Below are positions 9,425 through 17,466 of a DNA stretch of 35,309 nucleotides, piece after piece; within the stretch, counting starts at the first letter, position 1, and each line of letters opens with the position of its first letter. The notes beneath the pieces are model-generated. The model saw only the letters and a program-made list of their open reading frames with translations, was not told where the DNA came from and made no database searches. A program made the position numbers and the translations under genes. Source of the stretch: Anaerolineae bacterium (GTDB lineage: Bacteria > Chloroflexota > Anaerolineae > B4-G1 > DUEL01); NCBI GenBank assembly GCA_041082215.1, contig JBDOIF010000066.1, forward strand, positions 1 to 35,309, given 5' to 3'.

Positions 9425-10921
9425 CTAGCGACTCCGCACCCAGACCGTTGCCAGGTTATCCCGGTAGGCGAGGGACCATCCCCCCAGGCAGCCCAGCTTC
9501 CGGCTCAGCCCGTCGTCGGTAGCTGTGACCACGAAGGAGATGCCGTACTGATCCAGCAATGCCAGGGCACGTGGTCCTCCGCTCTGGATCTCCAGGTATT
9601 CACGTAGAAAGGCATCCCCGTAGAGGTCCGTCCGTCCGTCCACGAAAACCCGGTATTCGGGCCACAGCCGCCAGATCAGATACCCGCCCCAATTGTAGTG
9701 GTTGAACATCTTCCCTTCGGGGCGGTTTTCCTGGATCCACGCCACCGCTCCTGCTGGCAGGCTCTCCTGCTGCTGCCGCTGGTTGAAGGCGGCCGTCAGC
9801 GGGATGCGCACCTTGACCACGGCCAGCCCGATGAGCAGGAATAGCAGCCAGAGATTGACCGCCCCCAGGACAGTGCGGGCGCGGAGGTCGAGGAGGGCGC
9901 GGCGGGGGCCTTTCCATCCCCAGCGGGCCAGGGCGGCAGCGGCGTGGCGGCTGAGGACCGGCGCGGTCACCAGCGCGAACGGCGCGATGTTCCGCCCGGC
10001 AAGGAGCGCCGCGTAGGCGAACAGCCCCACCATCGCCAGATCGGTCCCATCTATGCGACGGCCGGAGAACCCCACTGCTGCCAGCGTGGCCAGAAGCAGC
10101 CAGATAAAGGGCTGGGTGTGGAGAGGATGGAAGTCCGGCGACTGCCACTCCTGGATAAAATCCTGCAGAACCCCGATCCGCACCGTCTCCAGATAGTAGG
10201 TCCACATCCGGGTGGTGTTCGGGTTGACTGCCAGAAGCAGCGCCGAGAGGAGCGCCGCTCCGACCACCCACCCGATCCCCCGCCACCCCACTGTGGGATC
10301 GTCGCCAGGGGCGAACCGGGCCAGCAGCAGGTTGAGCGCCTCCCCGGCGACGAAGGCTGCCAGCAGCATAAAGCCCAGCGCATACCCGGCGTGGAGGTTG
10401 ACCCAGAGGACGAAAAGCGGGGGGAGGAGCCAGAGCCGATTGACCCCTCGCCATTTGTAGAGGTAGAGGAGGTAGCCGACGGCGGCGGTCAGGAGGAAGG
10501 AGAGGAGCTGGGGCCGGGCCACCCAGATCACCGCCGATGTCGCCGCTGCCAGGACGACGATAAAGGACCTGGTGAAGGGGTCCCCCTCCATCTGCAAATA
10601 GACGAGCACAAACGTTCCGGCCACCACTGCTCCCATCCACAGCCCCAGCCCGGCGTAGGAGAAGCGGTCGAACAGCCAGTAGAGGATGACCTGGCTGAGC
10701 CAGCTATGGTTGACCCAGGGAGAGCCGTACCGGGTGTGGGAGAAGGGATCGGCCTGGAGGATGTGGCCCTCCTCCAGGGTCAGCTGGCCGGCTGCCAGAT
10801 GCCACCAGGTGTCGGTGTCGGTGGGGGCACGGACTGCCATCGCGAACAGCCCCACAAAAAGGATCGCCACCGCCAGATGGCGGGTGTCCAGCCAGAGCAG
10901 AGCCTTCTGCACAGCCTTCAT
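9425..10921 (-). CDS. Polytopic membrane protein, probable GT-C-fold glycosyltransferase (498 aa)
   Basis: True start MKAVQKALLWLD at 10921 overlaps the upstream stop (ATGA). First loop TDTDTWWHLAAG...DPFSHT...WVNHSWL, many TM segments, C-terminal soluble FNHYNWGGYLIW...FVDGRTDLY. The GT-C call is an inference from topology. Confidence 0.7.
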   Translation of the reverse strand: MKAVQKALLWLDTRHLAVAILFVGLFAMAVRAPTDTDTWWHLAAGQLTLEEGHILQADPFSHTRYGSPWVNHSWLSQVILYWLFDRFSYAGLGLWMGAVVAGTFVLVYLQMEGDPFTRSFIVVLAAATSAVIWVARPQLLSFLLTAAVGYLLYLYKWRGVNRLWLLPPLFVLWVNLHAGYALGFMLLAAFVAGEALNLLLARFAPGDDPTVGWRGIGWVVGAALLSALLLAVNPNTTRMWTYYLETVRIGVLQDFIQEWQSPDFHPLHTQPFIWLLLATLAAVGFSGRRIDGTDLAMVGLFAYAALLAGRNIAPFALVTAPVLSRHAAAALARWGWKGPRRALLDLRARTVLGAVNLWLLFLLIGLAVVKVRIPLTAAFNQRQQQESLPAGAVAWIQENRPEGKMFNHYNWGGYLIWRLWPEYRVFVDGRTDLYGDAFLREYLEIQSGGPRALALLDQYGISFVVTATDDGLSRKLGCLGGWSLAYRDNLATVWVRSR

Positions 10922-13041
10922 CTTACCCGTCCCCTGTGTCTTGCCCAGAGCGCCGCCACACATACCCATCCCGCCGCCGTCAGGGCGATGCCCGGCCCCA
11001 GCCCGCCCGGCCAGTAGGTGAAGACGACCCGGTGCAGTCCTTCTTCCAGGTAGACCCCCCGAAGGATGCCGTCGGTGCGGACCACCTCCGCCGGTTGCCC
11101 GTCCACCTCGGCCCGCCAGTCGGGGTCGTAGACCTCGCTCAGCACCAGCAGCCCCGGCCCCTCCGCCTCCACCTCGATACGGTTGGGACTCCACCAGGCA
11201 AGGCGTGCCTCTCCCTCTCCGTCTCCGCGTCCCAGCGCCCCTCTCACAAAGGCCCGGGGGAGCGCCCGTTCGTTCCGGTAGAGGTACACGCCATCCCGCT
11301 CCCCCAGCGGCGTCAGCCCTTCCGCCTCCATCGGGTAGGCTGCTGCCAGGTAGCGGACGTTCAAAAGCCCGAGCAGTTCGAGGTCGGGTATCACATCCCG
11401 GTGGGCCAGGAGCATCTCCTCCGGGGGTAACCCCTCTGGAAATGGCGGCACGGTGACGCTGTAGCCCGGCAGGGCGACCCCGGTGGCGGCCTGCATGAAG
11501 GTAACGTAATCGGCCAGCTGGAAGGGGTCCACTCCGTCCACCGTCTCGATCCCGTAGGTCGCCCCGGTCTGCTGGGGGATGGAGTAGCTGGGGGAATACA
11601 CCCGGAAGGGACGGGGCTGGGCTGCGAGCCACGCTGCCGCCGCCCGTCCCTCTGCCAGCACCTCCTCCGCCGGGCGGACCCGGTAGAGGGTGAAGCCCAC
11701 AACCCACAGGTCGGCCAGGGCCAGGAGGAGGGTCAGGCTGGCGAAGAGGGAACCGCGCAACCGGCCGCTGGCCCGGAGCAGGATGAGCAGCCCGCCCACC
11801 GGCCAGACTACCGCTGCCGCCACGACGCTGGCTGGCAGACGGAGGACCAGTCCGCCGACCCCGCCGGCCGCCGCTGCTGTTGCCAAACCCACCGCCGCCA
11901 GGCCACAGGGGCGACCCTTGTGGCCGCCCTCCAGTGCCGTCAGCCCCTGGGCGGCAAGCATCCCCACCGCTGCTATCACCAGGAACCAGGCCCGCGCCGG
12001 CCCCCGCAGCCAGGCCAGCGGGGGGAGCAGCCGGTAAAGCAGGCCGTAGAGGGGGGTGTAGATGCCCAGGGAATAGACGGCCGCCGCTGCTGCAAGCCCG
12101 AACCACCACCGCTCCCGAACCCGCCACCGGGCCAGGCCCACCCCTGCCAGCAGCAACCCGACCGCCCCCACGTAGGTCATCCACTCCTGGAACCCCCCGT
12201 GGTCGGCCACCAGCAGTCCCAGCAGATAACGGGGCGGCAGAGAGGCGACCCCGCTCTCTTCCAGGCTCAGCCCGCCCCTGTTGAGCCGACCTGCCACCGC
12301 CGCCAGAGGCACCATCTGCACCGCCACCAGCGCCCCCGCCAGCAGGGCCGCGCCCAGGGCGAACGACAGGCCACGCAACACGCTATACGGAACCCGTTTT
12401 GCATACTGTGTATGGTGTAGCAACCAGTACCCCGCCGCGGCGATCCCCCCGTAAAATCCCAATCGCACGTCGGCCAGGATCAGCATCGCCGTCGCCACCG
12501 CCGTCGTTGCCATATCCACCGGCCCGGCCCGTTCTGCCAGCCGCCGGACCGCCCAGAGGGTCCACGGCAGCCAGGCCCAGGCGCAGTACAGCCCCACGTG
12601 GCCTGCAGCCAGGTGGGCCAGCCCCTTAGGGGCGAACATCAGGATCAGCGCCGCCAGCATCCCCCCGGCCGACGAGGCCCCCATCGCCCGTGCCAGCCGG
12701 TAGGCGCCCCATCCCGCCCAGGCGGTGTGGAGGACGAAGAGCAGGTTGAAAGCGGGGGTCAGCGGGAGAACCAGAAGCAACCAGCAGGGAGGATACCAGA
12801 GGCCGGAGAGAGGGTTGGCGGCAAAGGGCTGTCCGCCGAGAATCAGCGGTCGCCAGAAGGGGAGCTGGCCCCATTCCGCCAGCGAGCGGCGGATGAAAAG
12901 CGCGTTGGGCCAGTGGGTGATGGTCAGGTCGGAATAGAGGCTGTTGGGACGGTAGATGAAGCCGTCCGGCATGACCAGCACGCGCCAGAAGAAGCCGGCG
13001 GCCAGGATCAGAAGGATCAGGGAGGGCCTCCTCCAGCTCAC
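10918..13041 (-). CDS. YfhO-family membrane protein (GT-C-like), 707 aa
   Basis: GQLPFWRPLILGGQPFAANP...YPP N-terminal loop, many TM helices, C-terminal YRNERALPRAF...LVLSEVYDPDWRAEVDG...G.HRVVFTY typical of YfhO; GTGA overlap with the Lon-like gene. Confidence 0.8.
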   Translation of the reverse strand: MSWRRPSLILLILAAGFFWRVLVMPDGFIYRPNSLYSDLTITHWPNALFIRRSLAEWGQLPFWRPLILGGQPFAANPLSGLWYPPCWLLLVLPLTPAFNLLFVLHTAWAGWGAYRLARAMGASSAGGMLAALILMFAPKGLAHLAAGHVGLYCAWAWLPWTLWAVRRLAERAGPVDMATTAVATAMLILADVRLGFYGGIAAAGYWLLHHTQYAKRVPYSVLRGLSFALGAALLAGALVAVQMVPLAAVAGRLNRGGLSLEESGVASLPPRYLLGLLVADHGGFQEWMTYVGAVGLLLAGVGLARWRVRERWWFGLAAAAAVYSLGIYTPLYGLLYRLLPPLAWLRGPARAWFLVIAAVGMLAAQGLTALEGGHKGRPCGLAAVGLATAAAAGGVGGLVLRLPASVVAAAVVWPVGGLLILLRASGRLRGSLFASLTLLLALADLWVVGFTLYRVRPAEEVLAEGRAAAAWLAAQPRPFRVYSPSYSIPQQTGATYGIETVDGVDPFQLADYVTFMQAATGVALPGYSVTVPPFPEGLPPEEMLLAHRDVIPDLELLGLLNVRYLAAAYPMEAEGLTPLGERDGVYLYRNERALPRAFVRGALGRGDGEGEARLAWWSPNRIEVEAEGPGLLVLSEVYDPDWRAEVDGQPAEVVRTDGILRGVYLEEGLHRVVFTYWPGGLGPGIALTAAGWVCVAALWARHRGRVR

Positions 13042-15461
13042 AATAGCTTCCCCGTCTCCTGTTCCCCTGCCTCTTCCTCTTTTTTCCTCTTTTCCCCCCC
13101 CTGCTCCAGCCCCCGGGCCAGTTCCTTCAGCCGGGCCAGCGCGCGGGCGTGGACCGTGCCTTCGGGAAATTCTCCCCTCTCGTCCCGTTCTCCGGCTGGC
13201 ACTCCTGTAAGCAGCTCGATCCCCTCGTCCACCCTGGAGATGGGGTAGATGTGGAACTTCCCTTCCGCCACAGCCTGGACCACTTCTTTGTGCAGCATCA
13301 GGTTGCGACAGTTGGCGGCAGGGATGATGACCCCCTGATCGCCGGTGAGTCCCCGCTCTTTACAGACCCGGAAGAAGCCCTCGATTTTATGGGTCACTCC
13401 GCCTACCGGCTGCACCTGTCCCTGCTGATCCACCGATCCGGTGACGGCGATCCCCTGCCGGACCGGCAGGTCGGACAGGCTGGAGAGGAGGGCGTAAAGC
13501 TCTGCCAGGGAGGCGCTGTCGCCGTGAACCTCGTCGTAGGTCTGCTCGAAGCTGAGGCTGGCGGAGAGGGTGAGGGACTGTTGGGTGGCATACTGGCCGC
13601 CCAGGTAGCCAGCCAGGGTGAGCACCCCCTTGCCGTGGGTGGGGCCGCTCAGCTTGACCTCCCGCTGGATATCCACCACGCCGCTGCGGCCTACGTAGGT
13701 GCGGGCGGTGATGCGGGTCGGTCGCCCAAAGACGTGGTCGCCGGCGGTATGGAGGGCCAGCCCGTTGACCTGCCCCACAACGGCTCCCTCGGTGGCGATG
13801 AGCAGCGTCCCTTCGGTGATCACCCGTCGGACCTCTTCCTCCACCCGGCTGGCCCGGTAGGTTCGCTCCTCGATCGCCCGTTCCACATCCGCAGCGGTCA
13901 CCACGTTCCGCCCCGCCTCCCCGGCCCAGTAATCGGCCTCCCGGAGGATGTCGGCGACTTCTCCGAAGCGGGTGGAGAGCCGGGCCTGATCCTCGGCCAG
14001 CCAGGAGCCGAACTCCACCACCTGGGCCACGCCGGTCCGGTCGAAGGGGCGCAGCCCTTCCTCCTCGCAGCGGGCGCGGATGAAGAGGGCATAGAGCTGC
14101 TCATTCTCCGGTGTCCGCTCCATATCGGTGGAGAAGTCGGCCTTCACCTTGAAGAGCTTGCGGAAATCCTCGTCGGCGGCGTAGAGGTAGTAGTAGAGGG
14201 TGGGGCTGCCCAGGAGGATCACTTTGGCGTCCAGCGGGATCGGCTCGGGATCGAGGGTGACGACGGAGACGAAGGCAGCCCCCTGTTCTTCCAGGCGGAT
14301 CAGCCCGTCGGTCAGGGCACGCTTGAGGGCGTACCAGGCTGCAGGGTCGGCCAGCACGTCCCGGGCCCGCAGTACCAGATAGCCGCCGTTGGCCCGATGG
14401 AGAGCGCCCGGCCGGATCATCGTGAAATCGGTGCTCGTGGCCCCGAGTCGCACCTCGTGCTCGATCCGCCCAAAGAGGTTGGCGTAGGTGGGGTTGGGCT
14501 CCACCAGGACCGGCGCTCCCTGCTGTTCCTGGTTGTCCACAAACAGGTTGACCAGGTACCGCCGGAAGACATCTACCGGGGGCGCTCCTGGTTCAGGCGG
14601 GGGCTGCTCATCCTGCGGCTGCTTGAACTCCTCCACCCGGGCGATGATGTCGGCCCGCACCTCCTCCAGATATTCGCCGATCTCCTCCTGGTCGGCGTAG
14701 CGGGCCTTCAGCTCGTCCACAGCGTGGCCAACGACGTAGGTCGCCACCTCCTGATCCAGCCTGCGGAAGGCCTCCCGCGCCTCCCGCTCCCGTTCCCGCA
14801 ATCGGCGCAGCACCTCCTCGGCCAGCTCTGCCAGCTCCTGATGGACGGCCTGCAGCCGCTTCTGTTCCTCGGTGGGCAGTTGGGAGAAGACCTCGGGGGG
14901 AATGGGCTGCCCGTCCTTTGTAGGGACCAGCGCCAGGCCGGAGGCGGTGCGGAGGATGGCGAACTCCCGTTCCTGCGCTTTCTGCTGCAACCCCTCGAGC
15001 AACGTCTCCTGCTCTGCCTGGAACCTCCGCTCGATCCGGCTCCGGTCCTCCTGGTAGGTTTCTCCCTCAAAGGCGCGGGGTACGGCCTGGCGGAGCTCCC
15101 GCACCAGGGCGGCCATGTCGTCCCGGAAGCGGGAACCCAACCCTTTGGGGAGGCGGATGGCCCGGGGCTGGCGGGGCTGGCGGAAGTTGTGGACGTAAAC
15201 CCAATCATCGGGCGCGGGCCGCTGCGACGCCCGTTGCGCCAGGAAACGCTGAATGGTGGTGGTCCGCCCCGTACCCCCTGGACCGAGGACGAAGATGTTG
15301 TAGCCCGGCCCTGAGATGTCCAGGCCGAACTCGATCGCCCGCGTGGCGCGTGGCTGGCCGATGATCTCCGGCGTCAGAGGAAGCTCGGCCGTGGTTTCAA
15401 AGGAAAAGCCTTTCGGGTCGCAGGCGCGGCGGAGCCGGTCGGGTGGCAATTCCAGGGACAT
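13038..15461 (-). CDS. Lon-like (LonC-type) Ser-Lys protease with degenerate AAA-like domain
   Basis: Probable start MSLELPPDRL at 15461 with a purine-rich RBS. IIGQPRA, GPGGTGRT, PGALHRANGGYL; catalytic GDSAS serine and VGGVTHKIEGF lysine. Confidence 0.88.
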   Translation of the reverse strand: MSLELPPDRLRRACDPKGFSFETTAELPLTPEIIGQPRATRAIEFGLDISGPGYNIFVLGPGGTGRTTTIQRFLAQRASQRPAPDDWVYVHNFRQPRQPRAIRLPKGLGSRFRDDMAALVRELRQAVPRAFEGETYQEDRSRIERRFQAEQETLLEGLQQKAQEREFAILRTASGLALVPTKDGQPIPPEVFSQLPTEEQKRLQAVHQELAELAEEVLRRLREREREAREAFRRLDQEVATYVVGHAVDELKARYADQEEIGEYLEEVRADIIARVEEFKQPQDEQPPPEPGAPPVDVFRRYLVNLFVDNQEQQGAPVLVEPNPTYANLFGRIEHEVRLGATSTDFTMIRPGALHRANGGYLVLRARDVLADPAAWYALKRALTDGLIRLEEQGAAFVSVVTLDPEPIPLDAKVILLGSPTLYYYLYAADEDFRKLFKVKADFSTDMERTPENEQLYALFIRARCEEEGLRPFDRTGVAQVVEFGSWLAEDQARLSTRFGEVADILREADYWAGEAGRNVVTAADVERAIEERTYRASRVEEEVRRVITEGTLLIATEGAVVGQVNGLALHTAGDHVFGRPTRITARTYVGRSGVVDIQREVKLSGPTHGKGVLTLAGYLGGQYATQQSLTLSASLSFEQTYDEVHGDSASLAELYALLSSLSDLPVRQGIAVTGSVDQQGQVQPVGGVTHKIEGFFRVCKERGLTGDQGVIIPAANCRNLMLHKEVVQAVAEGKFHIYPISRVDEGIELLTGVPAGERDERGEFPEGTVHARALARLKELARGLEQGGEKRKKEEEAGEQETGKLL

Positions 15462-15518
15462 CCTTTCCCTCCCGTGAAATGCGGAATGGTTGAGGCTGGG
15501 GAGCGACAAGCCTCCGGG

Positions 15519-16652
15519 TCACCGTCCCAGGTGCATTGGCATCACCACGTGGATGAAATCCTCTTCCCCCACCGGCCGAATCACGCCCGGGGTGGAGGAG
15601 GTGATGGTATCCAGGGCTACCTGGGGGGTGGTGATCACCGAGAGCACGTCAATCATATAGCGGACGTTAAAGGCGATTTCGACAGCCTCCCCTTCGACGG
15701 TGGCGTCCAGCTGGGTCACGTCGTCCCCTGTCTCGGCGGAGGTGGCGGAGACGACCATCCGTCCTGGCTCCAGCTCCGTACCCGGATGGATATGGAACAG
15801 GACGATGTGGGCGCCGTCCCGGGCGAAGATCTGGGCGGTCCTGCACGCCTTCAGCAGGTCGGCGGTCCCCACCACGGTCCGGGTCTTCCGCTCCCGGGGG
15901 ATGATCTGCTGATAGTCGGGGAAGTTGCCGGGGGTCAGTTGGGAGGTGAATACCACGTCTTTCAGTTGGAAGAGGATGCGGTTCTGATCGGGGGTGGTGG
16001 TGATCAATACTGGCTCCTCCTGGTCGGCGCAGAGGCGGCCCAGCTCCGTCATTGCCCGGGCAGGGACGATGACGCTGAAAGGCTCGCCCACCGGCTCCGG
16101 GAGGGTTGTCGTCCGCACCGAGAGCCGGTAGCCGTCTGCCGCCGCCAGCGTCAGCCGGTCCTCCTGGAAGCGGACCAGCACGCCGGTGAGGATAGGGCGG
16201 GCCTCGTCAGTAGCGGCGGCGAAGGCTACCTGGGCGATGCCGGTGCGGAGTATCTCCGGGTCGAGCAGGATGCCTCCCTCTCCCTCCGGCACGGGGATCG
16301 GAGGGAAATCCACCGCGTCCATCCCTTTGATGTTGGCTTCGCTTCGTCCGCAGCGGAGGTTGAGGGTCATTGTCCGTACCACCCCTTCCATATCCACCCG
16401 GTCGGGCGGCAGGGCGTTGACCAGATCAATGATGGTGCGGCCAGGGACGGCGATGGTCCCTTCTTTCTCAACGCGGGCCCCGATCCAGCAATGGATGCCG
16501 ATCTCCTGATTGGTCGCCGAGAGACGCAGGCGGCCCTCATCGGTGGTCAGGAGGATGTGGCTCAGGATGGGAAAGGTGGAGCGAGGCGAAACCGCCCGCC
16601 CGACGATGCTGAGGCCCCTGGCCAGGTTCTCTTGCAGGCAGGAAACTTTCAT
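15519..16652 (-). CDS. dnaN: DNA polymerase III subunit beta (sliding clamp), 377 aa
   Basis: Start MKVSCLQENL after GGGGAGGAG; RSTFPILSHILL, LSATNQE, DEARPILTGV, AADGYRL, GNFPDYQQIIP, IAFNVRY, C-terminal VVMPM. Confidence 0.97.
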   Translation of the reverse strand: MKVSCLQENLARGLSIVGRAVSPRSTFPILSHILLTTDEGRLRLSATNQEIGIHCWIGARVEKEGTIAVPGRTIIDLVNALPPDRVDMEGVVRTMTLNLRCGRSEANIKGMDAVDFPPIPVPEGEGGILLDPEILRTGIAQVAFAAATDEARPILTGVLVRFQEDRLTLAAADGYRLSVRTTTLPEPVGEPFSVIVPARAMTELGRLCADQEEPVLITTTPDQNRILFQLKDVVFTSQLTPGNFPDYQQIIPRERKTRTVVGTADLLKACRTAQIFARDGAHIVLFHIHPGTELEPGRMVVSATSAETGDDVTQLDATVEGEAVEIAFNVRYMIDVLSVITTPQVALDTITSSTPGVIRPVGEEDFIHVVMPMHLGR

Positions 16653-16694
16653 CGGCGCTTCTCCTCCCCACGTGGACTTGCCGTTCGTGGAGAA

Positions 16695-16723
16695 AGTATA
16701 CACCACTATGGGCAGAGGGACAA
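16695..16723 (-). promoter_or_regulatory. Probable sigma70 promoter of the dnaN operon
   Basis: Minus strand TTGTCC-17 bp-TATACT, 42 bp upstream of the dnaN ATG. Confidence 0.55.
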
Positions 16724-16819
16724 GCAGTTAACCCCACCCCATCTCCCGGAAGGGGGCAGGGGGTATAGGGGTGAGGTTTGCTCTGCCGCCCTGTCCGAAC
16801 TCTTGTCCAGACCCCAGGG

Positions 16820-17011
16820 GGGCGTATTTCAATTTCGGGGCGAGTGGTCCTCTCGCCCGCCGGTGGATCGCGAATCCCACGAATGGCCCGAATACAGCGA
16901 ACAGGAGGGATACCTGCTCCATTCGCAGTATTCGTTTCCATTCGCGCCATTCGTGTTTCCCCAGGTCCGGCCCGGGCCAGGGACATCTCGCCCCCAAACT
17001 GAAATACACCT
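16820..17011. mobile_element. MITE-like element, copy 1 (~190 bp)
   Basis: 24-bp imperfect terminal inverted repeats (16821-16844 GGCGTATTTCAATTTCGGGGCGAG; 16987-17010 CTCGCCCCCAAACTGAAATACACC; 21/24 match), flanked by ACCCCAGGG at 16811-16819 and 17012-17020; second copy at 31183-31373; no transposase. Confidence 0.82.
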
Positions 17012-17027
17012 ACCCCAGGGAAGCACC

Positions 17028-17056
17028 TTGACAAACAGGACGGGTTGTGGTAACAT
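17028..17056 (+). promoter_or_regulatory. Sigma70 promoter of the arsR-cadA operon
   Basis: TTGACA (17028-17033)-17 bp-TAACAT (17051-17056) with an extended -10 TG. Confidence 0.75.
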
Positions 17057-17091
17057 TTGAGCAAGCCTTCAATTGAATAGACGCTCAAATG
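17054..17091. promoter_or_regulatory. ArsR/SmtB-type operator (two abutting TGA-N8-TCA boxes)
   Basis: CATTTGAGC...TTCAATTGAA...GCTCAAATG dyad between the -10 box and the start codon; resembles SmtB/CzrA operators. Confidence 0.7.
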
Positions 17092-17466
17092 AAAAAGACT
17101 GACTGTTATCAGGAAGGACCGTTCCCTGAAGGGGAGAGGAGAGGGAGGCTGGTGGACCCCGCGACCGCGGACCGAATGGCCTCCATTTTCAGGGTGCTGG
17201 CCGACCCGACGCGGGTCCGTATCCTTTCCGCCCTGGCGCGATCGGAACTGTGCGTGGGGGAGCTGGCCGCCTGCCTGGAGATGACCGTCTCAGCCATCTC
17301 CCATCAGCTCCGCCTCCTGCGCAGGATGCGGCTGGTGCGCCCCCGCCGCGAGGGAAAGCATGTATACTACGCGCTGGACGATGACCACGTCGAGAAGCTG
17401 TTCCATCAGGCGATGGAGCACGTGGAGGAACAGGTAGAGGATGGAGCAGGGCAAACAGAGCTATGA
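17089..17466 (+). CDS. ArsR/SmtB-family metal-sensing repressor (SmtB/CzrA/ZiaR-like)
   Basis: FRVLADPTRVRIL, ELCVGELA, SAISHQLRLLR, and alpha5 metal site DDDHVEKLFHQAMEHVEE. Confidence 0.93.
   Translation: MKKTDCYQEGPFPEGERRGRLVDPATADRMASIFRVLADPTRVRILSALARSELCVGELAACLEMTVSAISHQLRLLRRMRLVRPRREGKHVYYALDDDHVEKLFHQAMEHVEEQVEDGAGQTEL

Noticed and set aside
10922..12184. N-terminal ~420 aa of ORF 9425-12184
   Set aside because: Overlaps the YfhO gene in another frame and is Gly/Arg/Pro noise; the real start is the ATGA-coupled ATG at 10921.
16653..17088. Possible oriC next to dnaN, and small ORFs in this interval
   Set aside because: No TTATCCACA-like cluster or AT-rich unwinding element seen; the interval is explained by two promoters and repeats, and the ORFs are translations of the MITE.
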